This document shows positions 1 through 8,414 of a stretch of DNA of 48,471 nt, piece by piece. Made by a program: the position numbers and the translations under genes. Numbering within the stretch: position 1 is the stretch's first letter; each line of letters opens with the position of its first letter. The notes beneath the pieces were generated by a model that saw nothing but the letters and a program-made list of their open reading frames with translations, was not told the DNA's origin and made no database searches. The stretch is from a virus. The stretch covers positions 1-48,471 of the IMG/VR virus record IMGVR_UViG_3300026302_000106; one strand, 5' to 3'.

Positions 1-294
1 TCAGGCGGCGAGGTGCTGGGCGGCGTGCACCGCGGCGAGCGGCCGGGCCAGCGGCAGCGGCGCTTCCAGCAGCGCCAGCAGGTCGCGGCGTGCCGGGAAG
101 AGCGTGGCGTCGCCGACGTTGGCGACGATGGCCATGATCTGCTGGACGCCCAGGCCGGCGATGCGGTCCGCCTGCGCGGCATCGAGCGCGTACTTGCAGC
201 AGGTGGCGGGGCGGTCCTGCAGGACGCCGTCGCGGATGGTGAGCAGCAAGGTCAGGTTGGTGAGCTGGACGTCGGAGAGCTGCGCCTGGTTCAT
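1..294 (-). CDS. FlhD-like transcriptional activator subunit (SetD/AcaD-type, mobile-element associated)
   Basis: 97 aa from ATG 294 with GAGGA RBS. NLTLLLTIRDGVLQDRPATCCKYAL...QIMAIV follows the FlhD pattern ([24 protein letters not shown]...QMVKLA). No flagellar genes nearby. Confidence 0.65.
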   Translation of the reverse strand: MNQAQLSDVQLTNLTLLLTIRDGVLQDRPATCCKYALDAAQADRIAGLGVQQIMAIVANVGDATLFPARRDLLALLEAPLPLARPLAAVHAAQHLAA

Positions 295-529
295 GGTGCT
301 GTCCTCGGGTGGGCCCTGGCCGGGCACGGTGGATGGGTGGGATTGAGATGTTTCGGGTGGCGGTCGGGTGTCAATCGGTGTGCGCCACAGCATAGGGTTC
401 GGCACTGCGCTTGCGATGGCCCGCGGCCCCGCCGGGGCCGCATTGCCATGCACAACCGCCCGGACTCGCGGGTGAATCCGTGCAGCCCGGACCCGAGATG
501 GGTCCGGGCCGCAGCGGCACGTGCCGCGC

Positions 530-1594
530 TCAGGCGGCTTCGGCGAGGCTCTTCCACTCGCTCTGCGGCAGCTCGATGAGCCGGCCGCCGAGGGCCTCGA
601 ACTCGGTCGCACGGTCGTAGTCGTCGACGTCCTGCGAGTAGTGCGTCACCGCGTTGACCAGGCCGTAGCCGGTCAGGTCGGCGTCGGCGATCAGGTGCCG
701 CAGCACGCCGGCACGCTCCTGCTCGTTGAGGGCATAGCGGTTGGCCAGCACCTCGACGGTCTTCACCGGGTCGCCGGTCAGCGGGATGCGCAGCGTCTTC
801 TGCAACTTCTGCGCGGCCTGCAGGAAGGTCGCCTCCGACACCGCAGCCTCGACCACGTCGCGCACCTTCAGGAAGAAGGCCTTGTCGTCCGCCTGCAGCG
901 TGTCGTCCTTGAACACCGTGATGGTGTCAGCGACGTTGCCGATGCTGCGGCCGACGTGGGTCTTGTGCAGCGAGAAGTCGGGGACGATCAGGCCGTTGAG
1001 GCACCTCAGCCGGTAGATCAGCGGTTGCACCGAGAGCGTGCCGTGGCCGACCTCGGAGTTGCTCACCACCACGCCGGCCTGCACGACGTCGCCCGGCGAC
1101 ATCTCGTGCTTCAGCTGCGGCGTGACCACCTTGAGGTACATGCGCGTCTCGGTCAGCTCGACCGACTCGAAGCGCACCTCGGGCAGGCGCTGCAGGATCG
1201 GCAGCACGCTTTCGGCGAGGTCGTAGTTGTCGAGCCGGCGGTAACGGTCCGACAGCACGGCGCGGACGTTGCCGTCCAGCGTGCGCAGCATGCGGCGGTC
1301 GTCGTCGCTCTGCAGCCAGGTGTTGACGTTGCGGTCCAGCAGCACCGGCTGCTCGCTGCGCATGCGTTCGAAGTACGCATACGGGATCTTCAACTTGTCC
1401 GCGAGCTGGCGGCGCGCGAGCGGCGTTACGCCGTAGCGCGCCGGGCCGCCGGTCTCTTCGACGACGAGGCGCGTCTGGCCGGTGTCGTCGGTGTCGTGGC
1501 GCATCAGCGCCGACGGGACCACCAGGTCCTTCTTGGAGTTCAGCTGGCGTTCGAGTTCCTGCGCCAGGCTCACGAGGGTACGTCCGTTCTTCAT
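530..1594 (-). CDS. DUF932 family protein
   Basis: Start MKNGRTLVSL with GGAG RBS. Motifs RAVLSDRYRRLDN, SNSEVGHG and RLRCLNGLI are typical of DUF932 proteins of ICEs/phages. Confidence 0.8.
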   Translation of the reverse strand: MKNGRTLVSLAQELERQLNSKKDLVVPSALMRHDTDDTGQTRLVVEETGGPARYGVTPLARRQLADKLKIPYAYFERMRSEQPVLLDRNVNTWLQSDDDRRMLRTLDGNVRAVLSDRYRRLDNYDLAESVLPILQRLPEVRFESVELTETRMYLKVVTPQLKHEMSPGDVVQAGVVVSNSEVGHGTLSVQPLIYRLRCLNGLIVPDFSLHKTHVGRSIGNVADTITVFKDDTLQADDKAFFLKVRDVVEAAVSEATFLQAAQKLQKTLRIPLTGDPVKTVEVLANRYALNEQERAGVLRHLIADADLTGYGLVNAVTHYSQDVDDYDRATEFEALGGRLIELPQSEWKSLAEAA

Positions 1595-1801
1595 CACAAG
1601 CTCCGATCGGAATGCGGGGCGCCGTGCCCCCTCGGGGGCTGGACCCCGCGGGGTGGGTGATGGATCCGGCACGGGGCCGGGTCCTCGATGGCGCGGGTTC
1701 ATCCGCGCCGGCTGCATGCAGTTCAAGGTCTGCCTTCGCCCTGCGTCATCGACACAGGGCCCGGTGTGGCAGCGACCGGTGGGGTTCATGTCTCCGTTCC
1801 G

Positions 1802-2818
1802 CTAAGCCGCCTGGGCTTCGGCGGCCGTGCTGCGCATGCGCCACACGTCGGCCCAGTCCTGGCCGGGCTGGCGCGGCAGGAACACGCGGACCTGGCGAGC
1901 GTCGTTGCCGGGCGAACTGCGGGTCAGCCGGCGCGCCAGCGCGTATGCGCAGGCCTGGCCTTCAAAGCCGCCATCGGCGTCGTTGTCGGCATAGATGCAG
2001 ACTTGACGCACGCCATCGGGCAGCCACAGCTTCTCGAGGTTGCCGGCGCTGACGGCGGCCCACGCCGGCTTGCCGGTCGCGAGGTGCACCGCCAGCGCGG
2101 TCTCGATCCCTTCGGCCACGGCGAGTTCATGTGCCGGCTCGCACAGCCGGACGGCGGCGCCGTTGATGCCGGCAGAGAGCACCTTGCGTGCGTCCGGCAC
2201 CGGTGCCTTTTCGCCGTCCTTCAGGTAGGTCCGGTGCAGCGTCACCGCATGACCGTCCGGGCCCTGAATACAGGCCAGCATGGCCGGGTAGTCGGCCACC
2301 TTGCAGGCGCGGCCCGCGGCGTTCTTCTCGTAGTAGCCCAGCGCCGGGTGCCGGCGCAGGACACCCGGCGCATGGCGCAGGTGCAGCCCACGGCGACGCA
2401 GGTAGCAATCGACCTCGTCGCCGGGCTGGACGGGCAAGGCTTCGTCCCACAGGCGTTGCGCCAGGCGGCGCATGCGCTGCGCGGACGGTTCGGCCGCCGC
2501 CTGCGGGGCACTCGGCGCAGGGGACGGCGCACCGACGCAGGACTCCACCTGCCACAGCGCGGTCGCGAAGTCGAGGCCGAGCGCGGCCTGCAGCAGCTTG
2601 AAGCCGCCGCCCGCGCCGCAGTGGCGGCAGTGGTAGTTGCCTTCGCCGAACTTGTCGGTGTACTGGAAGCGGTCGGTGCCGCCGCACGACGGGCAGGGGC
2701 CGTTGCGCTTGCCCAGGATGCGTTCGTCGACGCCCAGGCTGCGCAGGATCTCGGACCAGCGGCCGTGGGCGCGGCGCTTGGCTTCGTCGATGCGATGCTC
2801 GAAGACCGTGTCATTCAT
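1802..2818 (-). CDS. Zinc-binding + toprim domain primase-like protein (P4 alpha-type N terminus)
   Basis: GPCPSCGGTDRF...CRHCG zinc finger; toprim motifs VAEGIETAL and YADND. Confidence 0.85.
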   Translation of the reverse strand: MNDTVFEHRIDEAKRRAHGRWSEILRSLGVDERILGKRNGPCPSCGGTDRFQYTDKFGEGNYHCRHCGAGGGFKLLQAALGLDFATALWQVESCVGAPSPAPSAPQAAAEPSAQRMRRLAQRLWDEALPVQPGDEVDCYLRRRGLHLRHAPGVLRRHPALGYYEKNAAGRACKVADYPAMLACIQGPDGHAVTLHRTYLKDGEKAPVPDARKVLSAGINGAAVRLCEPAHELAVAEGIETALAVHLATGKPAWAAVSAGNLEKLWLPDGVRQVCIYADNDADGGFEGQACAYALARRLTRSSPGNDARQVRVFLPRQPGQDWADVWRMRSTAAEAQAA

Positions 2819-3078
2819 GGCAGCCTCCGCGGCCGCCGCGGCGACCTTCGGAAACGGGCATGGCTTGTTGTCGGTTCATGATTTCTCCTTGACGGGTGAA
2901 CCCGCCACGCCGGGCCTGCACCCGGTTGAGGGCGAGGCTCCGCGGCGATGACGGGCGGGCCGGCGCTGAGCGCCGGAGGGACTTCGGGGCCGGCTTCGGA
3001 GCAATGCGCTCCAGGTGTGCCTGCGACCTGCGGGAAAGCCTCTCCGCAGCGCACACGCAAGGTGCTGCGCTGGGGAGA

Positions 3079-3096
3079 GGAGGCCCGAAGGCCTCC
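3079..3096 (-). terminator. Hairpin downstream of the ATPase gene (possible terminator)
   Basis: GGAGGCC-CGAA-GGCCTCC stem just past stop 3108; weak U tail. Confidence 0.35.
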
Positions 3097-3107
3097 CACC
3101 CAAGTAC

Positions 3108-3721
3108 TCAATCAGCCAGTTCGACGGCATGGCCGTTCGATCCGGTGCCGACGCTCAGGCGAAATTGCCTGCCGTGCAGCACCGGGTAGCGCTCGAGCTT
3201 CAGCTCGCGCAGCAGCGAGTCGAGCGTGTCCTTCGGATCGACGGAGCGAAGCCGACGGATGAGGTCGGCCAGTGCTTCGCGGTCCGCGTCCAGATCGGAC
3301 TCCAGGAACTGCTCGTTCTCGTCGGTGAAATTCGAGACCTGGCGCACCGGCTCGCCCGACGATTCGCCGTCCGGGACGTAGAGCACCCCGTCGTGGTGGA
3401 CCCCTTCATCGGTGATGTCCACGCTGTCGCTGCCCACGCCGACGCGCACGGCGGTACACAGCACGACATCCGGCCAGATCCAGCGGCCTTCCAGCGTGCG
3501 GCGAACACGCTCGCCGAGCGGTTCGACGGTGACCGGCTCGTCGTCCAGCCAGCGCACATGGGCTTGCACCCAATGCTCGTGATGCAGGCCGCCCAGGTTG
3601 AAGAGCAGGCACCCCGTGGCACGCGCGAACATCCAGCGGCCGGCGTTGCTGCCGTCGATCGACTCGATCGAGCACAGCTTGATCGAGCCCGCTTCGATGG
3701 CCGCCCGTGCCGGCGCGACGG
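3108..3721 (-). pseudogene. 3' part of GHKL/HATPase ATP-binding protein gene interrupted by the prophage
   Basis: Joining 47932..46948 to 3715..3108 across one TSD copy gives an open frame ...LRTVAV|APARAAIEAGSIKLC...WMFARATG..., 530 aa in total. Confidence 0.9.
3716..3721 (+). repeat. 6-bp target-site duplication, left copy (CGACGG)
   Basis: CGACGG immediately before TG at 3722; identical copy at 46948-46953 immediately after CA. Confidence 0.92.
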
Positions 3722-3763
3722 TGATGCGCGGCGCGATAAATCCGCCCGCTCCAGTGAGCTAAA
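3722..3763 (+). promoter_or_regulatory. Left phage end with two putative transposase-binding sites
   Basis: CGCGATAAA (3732-3740) and TGAGCTAAA (3755-3763) at positions 11-19 and 34-42 from the end, mirrored at the right end. Confidence 0.75.
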
Positions 3764-3802
3764 CGACACCCGCTGATCTTTGCACACCAGGCAAAGAATT
3801 GG

Positions 3803-3823
3803 CACCGGACGCAAAGTCCGGTG
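3803..3823 (-). terminator. Putative terminator of the capsid-tail operon
   Basis: CACCGGAC-GCAAA-GTCCGGTG perfect 8-bp stem 15 nt past the tail-tip stop, followed on the minus strand by AATTCTTT. Confidence 0.5.
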
Positions 3824-3838
3824 GCGACGGACGCCCGA

Positions 3839-6800
3839 TCAGGCCGCTTTTTGGGTGATCGTGGCCGTCAGGGTCACCGCACTGGCCACCAGGCCTGAAG
3901 CCATCGTCCAGGTCGCGCCTGGCGGGCCGGTCACCTTTACGATCGCGTAGAGCACGCCTGCCGGCGTGTCGACCACGGCAGCGTAAGCGGCATGGGCGTC
4001 GATCAGCGCCGCCAGGCCGGCGGCGACGTCGTCGTAGGTGTCGCCGGCGACCGCGATGTAGGTGAAGTCGACGCCGCCCAGCGTCACACGGGCAGGCGCC
4101 CCAGCCACTGGCAGGCCGTCGACCAGCACGCGGCCAATCTGTGGCTGCGCCGCACCGAGCGCGGGCGTGCCGGCCCACGGCATGAAGACCCACCCCAGCG
4201 GCAGCGTCGCCCCGTTGGCGGAGAGGTAGTCCAGCCGCACGCTGTAGTCGCTGCCGCTGGCAACCCCGGTTGGCCACGGGTCGACGGTCTTGCCGCGGGG
4301 GAAGACGATCATGTACGACGGCGACCCGAGGCCAAAGCCAGTCGCCCACTCCGGCGGCGTGGGCAGCGCCGTGCCAACCACGTTCTTGTCGTAGGCGAGC
4401 ACCTGGTCCAGGTAGGCCTTGCCGGCATTCCACGGCGCGAGCGCCACCGCCAGCCGCTGCCACAGTTCGCTGTTGACCACCCGGTCGTGCTGCCCAGGCG
4501 CGATGTCGGCGGCCAGCGTCACTTCGGCTGTGGCCGCCTCCCCGAGGATCCAGTTGTGGACCGTCAACCGCATGACCGTGCCAGGCGGCACGTTCGCCCA
4601 GGCGCCGCTCCAAGGCGTGTTGTTGTTGATGGCGGTGAAGTTGGTGAACAGCACCGTGCAGGTGCCAGCGCCGGCAGGCGCAGCCACCTGCGCCACCGAC
4701 GTGAAGACGCGCATGCCCCCCACGCCGATCGACGTCGACACCGAGTACGGCTGCCGAGGCTGGCCGACGATCGTCATCGTCGTGCCGCTGGCGCTGGCCG
4801 AGTAGGAGGCATCGGCGTCGATCACGGATGCCAGCGCTGCCGCCGCGCCTGCCAGCGTGGCCTCGGCACCAGTCGTGTAGGAGAACGGCACGCCGCCCAG
4901 CAGCACCGTCAGCACCGACCCCGCCGACCAGCTCCCACCAACCTCCACCTGGGTGATCTGCGGCCGCGCCGGCGGCGCGTCGAATGTGAAGGTCCGGCTC
5001 TCAGGCTGCCACGACAGCAGCCCGCCGCGCTTGGCCCATACCAGCGCGCGGTAGGTGCCGGCGTCCACGGCCTCGAATGTCGCCGAGGTGTTGCCAACCT
5101 CGGCGCTGGCAACCAGCACGTTGTCGCTCACGCGCCGCAGCTCGACCTTGTAAGTGGTGTCGCTCTCAGGCGCCACCGTGGCCATCGCAGCGTCGACCAG
5201 CTGGTCGAGCTGCGTGATGCGGTTGCGCTGCACCCAGCTCAGCGCCACCTCGTCGGCGGCGATCGGCGCGGTGGGCCACAGCACGCCGCACACCTTCAGC
5301 TGCTGCGGCGGGTAAGGCCTGGCCGCACGGCTGTCGAACGTCACGCTCAGCGTGGGTGCATCCGCCTCGGCCAGCTTGCCCGCGCTGGTGCGGGTCACCA
5401 GCTTGCCTTGCAGCGTCACGCCCGTGGCGTACTCGGTGTCGGGCCCGACGGCGGCGCCGTCGTAGAACAGCAGCACGGCGCCGGCGGCGTGCGCGGCAGG
5501 CACGGTGTCGGCACAGCCGCGGCCCAAGGTCACTGTCATCGCCGTCAGGTCGACGGCGTCCAGCCGGCACACCTCATCGTCCAGCAGCACCGCGGTGCCG
5601 GTGGAGACCTTGGCCAGCGCAAGCGCGTTGCCGATGGCCACAACCGTGGTCCAAGGGTCGACGTCGACCGTCAGCACCGCCGCCGGCGTGCAGCCGCCCT
5701 CTGCCGCCACGGCGAAGGCGCCTGACGCGCCGACGCGCGTCCGTAGCTCGAAGCCCAGCGTCGTCGACGACGGCGCCGCGCCCAGCGCCGCCACATAGGC
5801 CGACGTCGACGTCAGCTCCACCAGGTCGGAAGGCTGCAGCGTCGCGGCCAGGTCGCGGTACGGCACCTCGATCAGCCGGCCGCCGGTGATCGCCACCGGC
5901 GTCAGCACGGGCGGTTGATGGGCGGACCCCTGCGGCGTGACATAGCTCGTTGCGGGCAACCCGAACACGTCTTGCAGCGCCGTCACCGTGATCGTGCCGT
6001 CGCCCCACTCGCCCTGCTCCACGCGGCCGGCGCGCAGCACCAGGTTGCCGATGCCGTTGGCCGGGTCGGAGATGCGGAACACGCCGCCTTGCTGTAGCGC
6101 GAACGCCCGTCGATCGAGGCGCACCTTGCAGCGCTTGATGAAGCCGCTCAAGGACCGCAGGTCGCGCTGCGCCAGGCGCAACGCCAGGCTCGATGTCGGC
6201 ACGCCGGGATACTCGCGCGTGATGCTGCTCACCCCGCCCAGGGCATGCACCGCGGCGGCATTGCTCACCCGCACCGATCGGTCCTTGCCGTCGATCGGCG
6301 ACACGTACTTGACGATCACCTCGTTGATGCCCGTGTCCTGCGAGCCGGCATCGTCATCGTCGATGCCCAGCAGCCCAGTGTCCGGCGTGAACAGCGGCAG
6401 CGCCTCGACGTCGTAGTCGTCGCGCACGAGCTTGAGCACCAGCTTGGCGCTGACCGGATCGGTGTAGACCGCCGCGCCTATGTGGTCGATCACCGTCTGG
6501 ATGAAGCCGCTGATCTTGTCCTGCCGCTTCCAGCCCAGGCACAGGCCGAAGCCCTCGGCGTGCAGCTGGTCGGCCGCGGTGCGCCACACCGCGTCGTCGA
6601 GCCTTGCGCGCGCCAGGCTGCGGCCGAAGTCGCGGTCGGTGTAGGCCTGGTAGAGGATGTGCGCCGGGTTCATCGCGGCGATCGGCTCGCCGGCCGGGCC
6701 TGTCAGCTCGATGCGCGCTTTCTCGGGATACCACACGCCGCCGTCCCAGCCGCGGTGCGTTCGGCGCCAGCGGTGGCTCCAGGCTTTCGGGTAGGCACTG

Positions 6801-7135
6801 CCGCTCACCATCAGGCCGTTGGCATACAGCGTGGTCACGCCGCGCCAGGCGCTCACCATGCCGGCCAGCATGGCCTGCAGCCTGGTGTTGACCGGCTGAT
6901 CGTCGGCGCCGAACATCACATCCACCGTGGCGACGATGCCGCCTTCGCGGTCCTCGCCGCCGAAGAGGTCGGGCCTCACGATGTTGATGGTGCTGTTCTC
7001 GGTGACCGAGCCTTCCCAAGCGCGCCGGTCACCGACATCGATCGCCACCAGCTCGTCGCACGACTTGCGGCACACGCCCATCAGCGACCCGAAGTGATAG
7101 TCGTAGCCGACGACGGTCTTCTTCCTGCTACCCAT
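3839..7135 (-). CDS. Tail tip / host-specificity (central fibre) protein
   Basis: 1098 aa from MGSRKKTVVGY; AMNPAHILYQ and EGFGLCLGW motifs typical of D3112-like tail-tip proteins; last gene of the tail operon. Confidence 0.8.
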   Translation of the reverse strand: MGSRKKTVVGYDYHFGSLMGVCRKSCDELVAIDVGDRRAWEGSVTENSTINIVRPDLFGGEDREGGIVATVDVMFGADDQPVNTRLQAMLAGMVSAWRGVTTLYANGLMVSGSAYPKAWSHRWRRTHRGWDGGVWYPEKARIELTGPAGEPIAAMNPAHILYQAYTDRDFGRSLARARLDDAVWRTAADQLHAEGFGLCLGWKRQDKISGFIQTVIDHIGAAVYTDPVSAKLVLKLVRDDYDVEALPLFTPDTGLLGIDDDDAGSQDTGINEVIVKYVSPIDGKDRSVRVSNAAAVHALGGVSSITREYPGVPTSSLALRLAQRDLRSLSGFIKRCKVRLDRRAFALQQGGVFRISDPANGIGNLVLRAGRVEQGEWGDGTITVTALQDVFGLPATSYVTPQGSAHQPPVLTPVAITGGRLIEVPYRDLAATLQPSDLVELTSTSAYVAALGAAPSSTTLGFELRTRVGASGAFAVAAEGGCTPAAVLTVDVDPWTTVVAIGNALALAKVSTGTAVLLDDEVCRLDAVDLTAMTVTLGRGCADTVPAAHAAGAVLLFYDGAAVGPDTEYATGVTLQGKLVTRTSAGKLAEADAPTLSVTFDSRAARPYPPQQLKVCGVLWPTAPIAADEVALSWVQRNRITQLDQLVDAAMATVAPESDTTYKVELRRVSDNVLVASAEVGNTSATFEAVDAGTYRALVWAKRGGLLSWQPESRTFTFDAPPARPQITQVEVGGSWSAGSVLTVLLGGVPFSYTTGAEATLAGAAAALASVIDADASYSASASGTTMTIVGQPRQPYSVSTSIGVGGMRVFTSVAQVAAPAGAGTCTVLFTNFTAINNNTPWSGAWANVPPGTVMRLTVHNWILGEAATAEVTLAADIAPGQHDRVVNSELWQRLAVALAPWNAGKAYLDQVLAYDKNVVGTALPTPPEWATGFGLGSPSYMIVFPRGKTVDPWPTGVASGSDYSVRLDYLSANGATLPLGWVFMPWAGTPALGAAQPQIGRVLVDGLPVAGAPARVTLGGVDFTYIAVAGDTYDDVAAGLAALIDAHAAYAAVVDTPAGVLYAIVKVTGPPGATWTMASGLVASAVTLTATITQKAA

Positions 7136-7358
7136 GGCCCGCCTCCATCGTGCGCGCGTGCGCCACCACGCGCAGCGCCAGCGCGTCGCCGGTGGCAATC
7201 AGCACGTCGGCGTCGATGCCCTCGCGAACGAAGGCCGCCCAGTCCAGGCCGTGCGCAACTGCCCAGGCCCGCGTGCCGCGGCCGCAAAAGCCGGGCCGCA
7301 CGCCAAGCCCCGGCGTGCTGTACAGGTGCTGCACGGTGATCACCAGCGGCGCGGTCAC
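7128..7358 (-). CDS. Small tail-tip assembly protein
   Basis: GTG start coupled to the upstream stop (GTGA); FCGRGTRAWAVAHGLDWAAFVREGI motif typical of this tail module. Confidence 0.7.
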   Translation of the reverse strand: MTAPLVITVQHLYSTPGLGVRPGFCGRGTRAWAVAHGLDWAAFVREGIDADVLIATGDALALRVVAHARTMEAGHG

Positions 7359-7576
7359 TTCAGGATCGGCTCCGCGCGGAAGTTGCCCACGCCCAGCACC
7401 ATCCAGTCCCTCACCCACACGTCGCCGAAGATGATCATCTGCGCAGTCCCTTCGGTCGACTGCGGGAACTCCAGGTCCTCCAGCGCCGCGGCCTTCGGCG
7501 CCGCGCCGGACTTGCGCCGCGCCGCCACGGCGACGATCAGCGCGATGATGTAGATGGCGATCTGGACGTATTCCAT
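7355..7576 (-). CDS. Small tail-tip assembly protein
   Basis: 73 aa, hydrophobic N terminus, FPQSTEGTAQMIIFGDVW motif, conserved position in the tail module. Confidence 0.7.
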   Translation of the reverse strand: MEYVQIAIYIIALIVAVAARRKSGAAPKAAALEDLEFPQSTEGTAQMIIFGDVWVRDWMVLGVGNFRAEPILK

Positions 7577-7586
7577 GGTGGCTCGC

Positions 7587-8414
7587 TCACATGACGGGGT
7601 TGCCGTCGTAAGGGCTCTTGCCCGGCATGTGCTCGGCGCCCCCGAAGTTCGCGCCGTTGGCGAACTGGTCGACGCAGTACGCGCGCGTCTGGCGGCAGCC
7701 CGGGTAGGCCGCCACCTCTACGCCGCCGGCGAGGCCATGCGTGCCGCCCAGCAGCACCAGCTCGTCGCCGACGTGCGACTCGACGCCGCGCTGCTCGTAC
7801 TCGCCGCCGCCGATCGACCAGCGCACGAAGCCACCGGCGAAGAAGCCGTCCGGTTGCGCGCCAAAGGCGCCGGCGCTGATCGCCGCGCCGTCCAGGCTCT
7901 GCACCGTGGCCAGCACCTCGTGCGTGGCACCCGGCACCCTGCAGTTTTGGTCGTAGATGGTGTACGGGCAGTTGCGCTCCCAGGTCAGGCGCAGGCCCGT
8001 GCGCTCCATGCTGGCGTGCATGCTCTCGCAGGCAATCTCGCAGCGGTCTTGCTGCGGCCAGCGCACGCCGCTGATGCTGCCCACCCACACGGCACGCGCG
8101 CTCTCGGCCACGTCGGCTTCACCGGCGTGGTAGTCGCGCACCACCACGCCGATCTCGGCCGACGGCGGCGCGGCGCGGAACATTGCCGCCACCTCGATGT
8201 CGGCCGGCGCCGTGATGCGCAGCGCGTCGGCCGACGGCTCGCCGGTGAGGCGAACGCCGTCGTCGCGGATCGGCAGCGCGCGCCACGTGCGCGCCAGGTA
8301 CGACAGGTCGCGCACCGCCGTGCAGTACGACCAGCGCAGCGCGCCGCGCTCGAACTCATACAGCCGAACCGGCTTGCCGGCATGGATGCTGATCTCGCGG
8401 GTCTCGTATGACAT
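7587..8414 (-). CDS. Phage BR0599/DUF2163 family tail protein
   Basis: CPYTIYDQNC and C-terminal YPGC...C...F.N..NFGG cysteine motif. Confidence 0.85.
   Translation of the reverse strand: MSYETREISIHAGKPVRLYEFERGALRWSYCTAVRDLSYLARTWRALPIRDDGVRLTGEPSADALRITAPADIEVAAMFRAAPPSAEIGVVVRDYHAGEADVAESARAVWVGSISGVRWPQQDRCEIACESMHASMERTGLRLTWERNCPYTIYDQNCRVPGATHEVLATVQSLDGAAISAGAFGAQPDGFFAGGFVRWSIGGGEYEQRGVESHVGDELVLLGGTHGLAGGVEVAAYPGCRQTRAYCVDQFANGANFGGAEHMPGKSPYDGNPVM

Noticed and set aside
3825..3830. Alternative left TSD copy CGACGG
   Set aside because: Not followed by TG and does not restore the ATPase reading frame; 3716-3721 does both.
3839..7135. Diversity-generating retroelement or invertible tail-fibre segment
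   Set aside because: No reverse transcriptase, no TR/VR nucleotide pair and no serine invertase gene.
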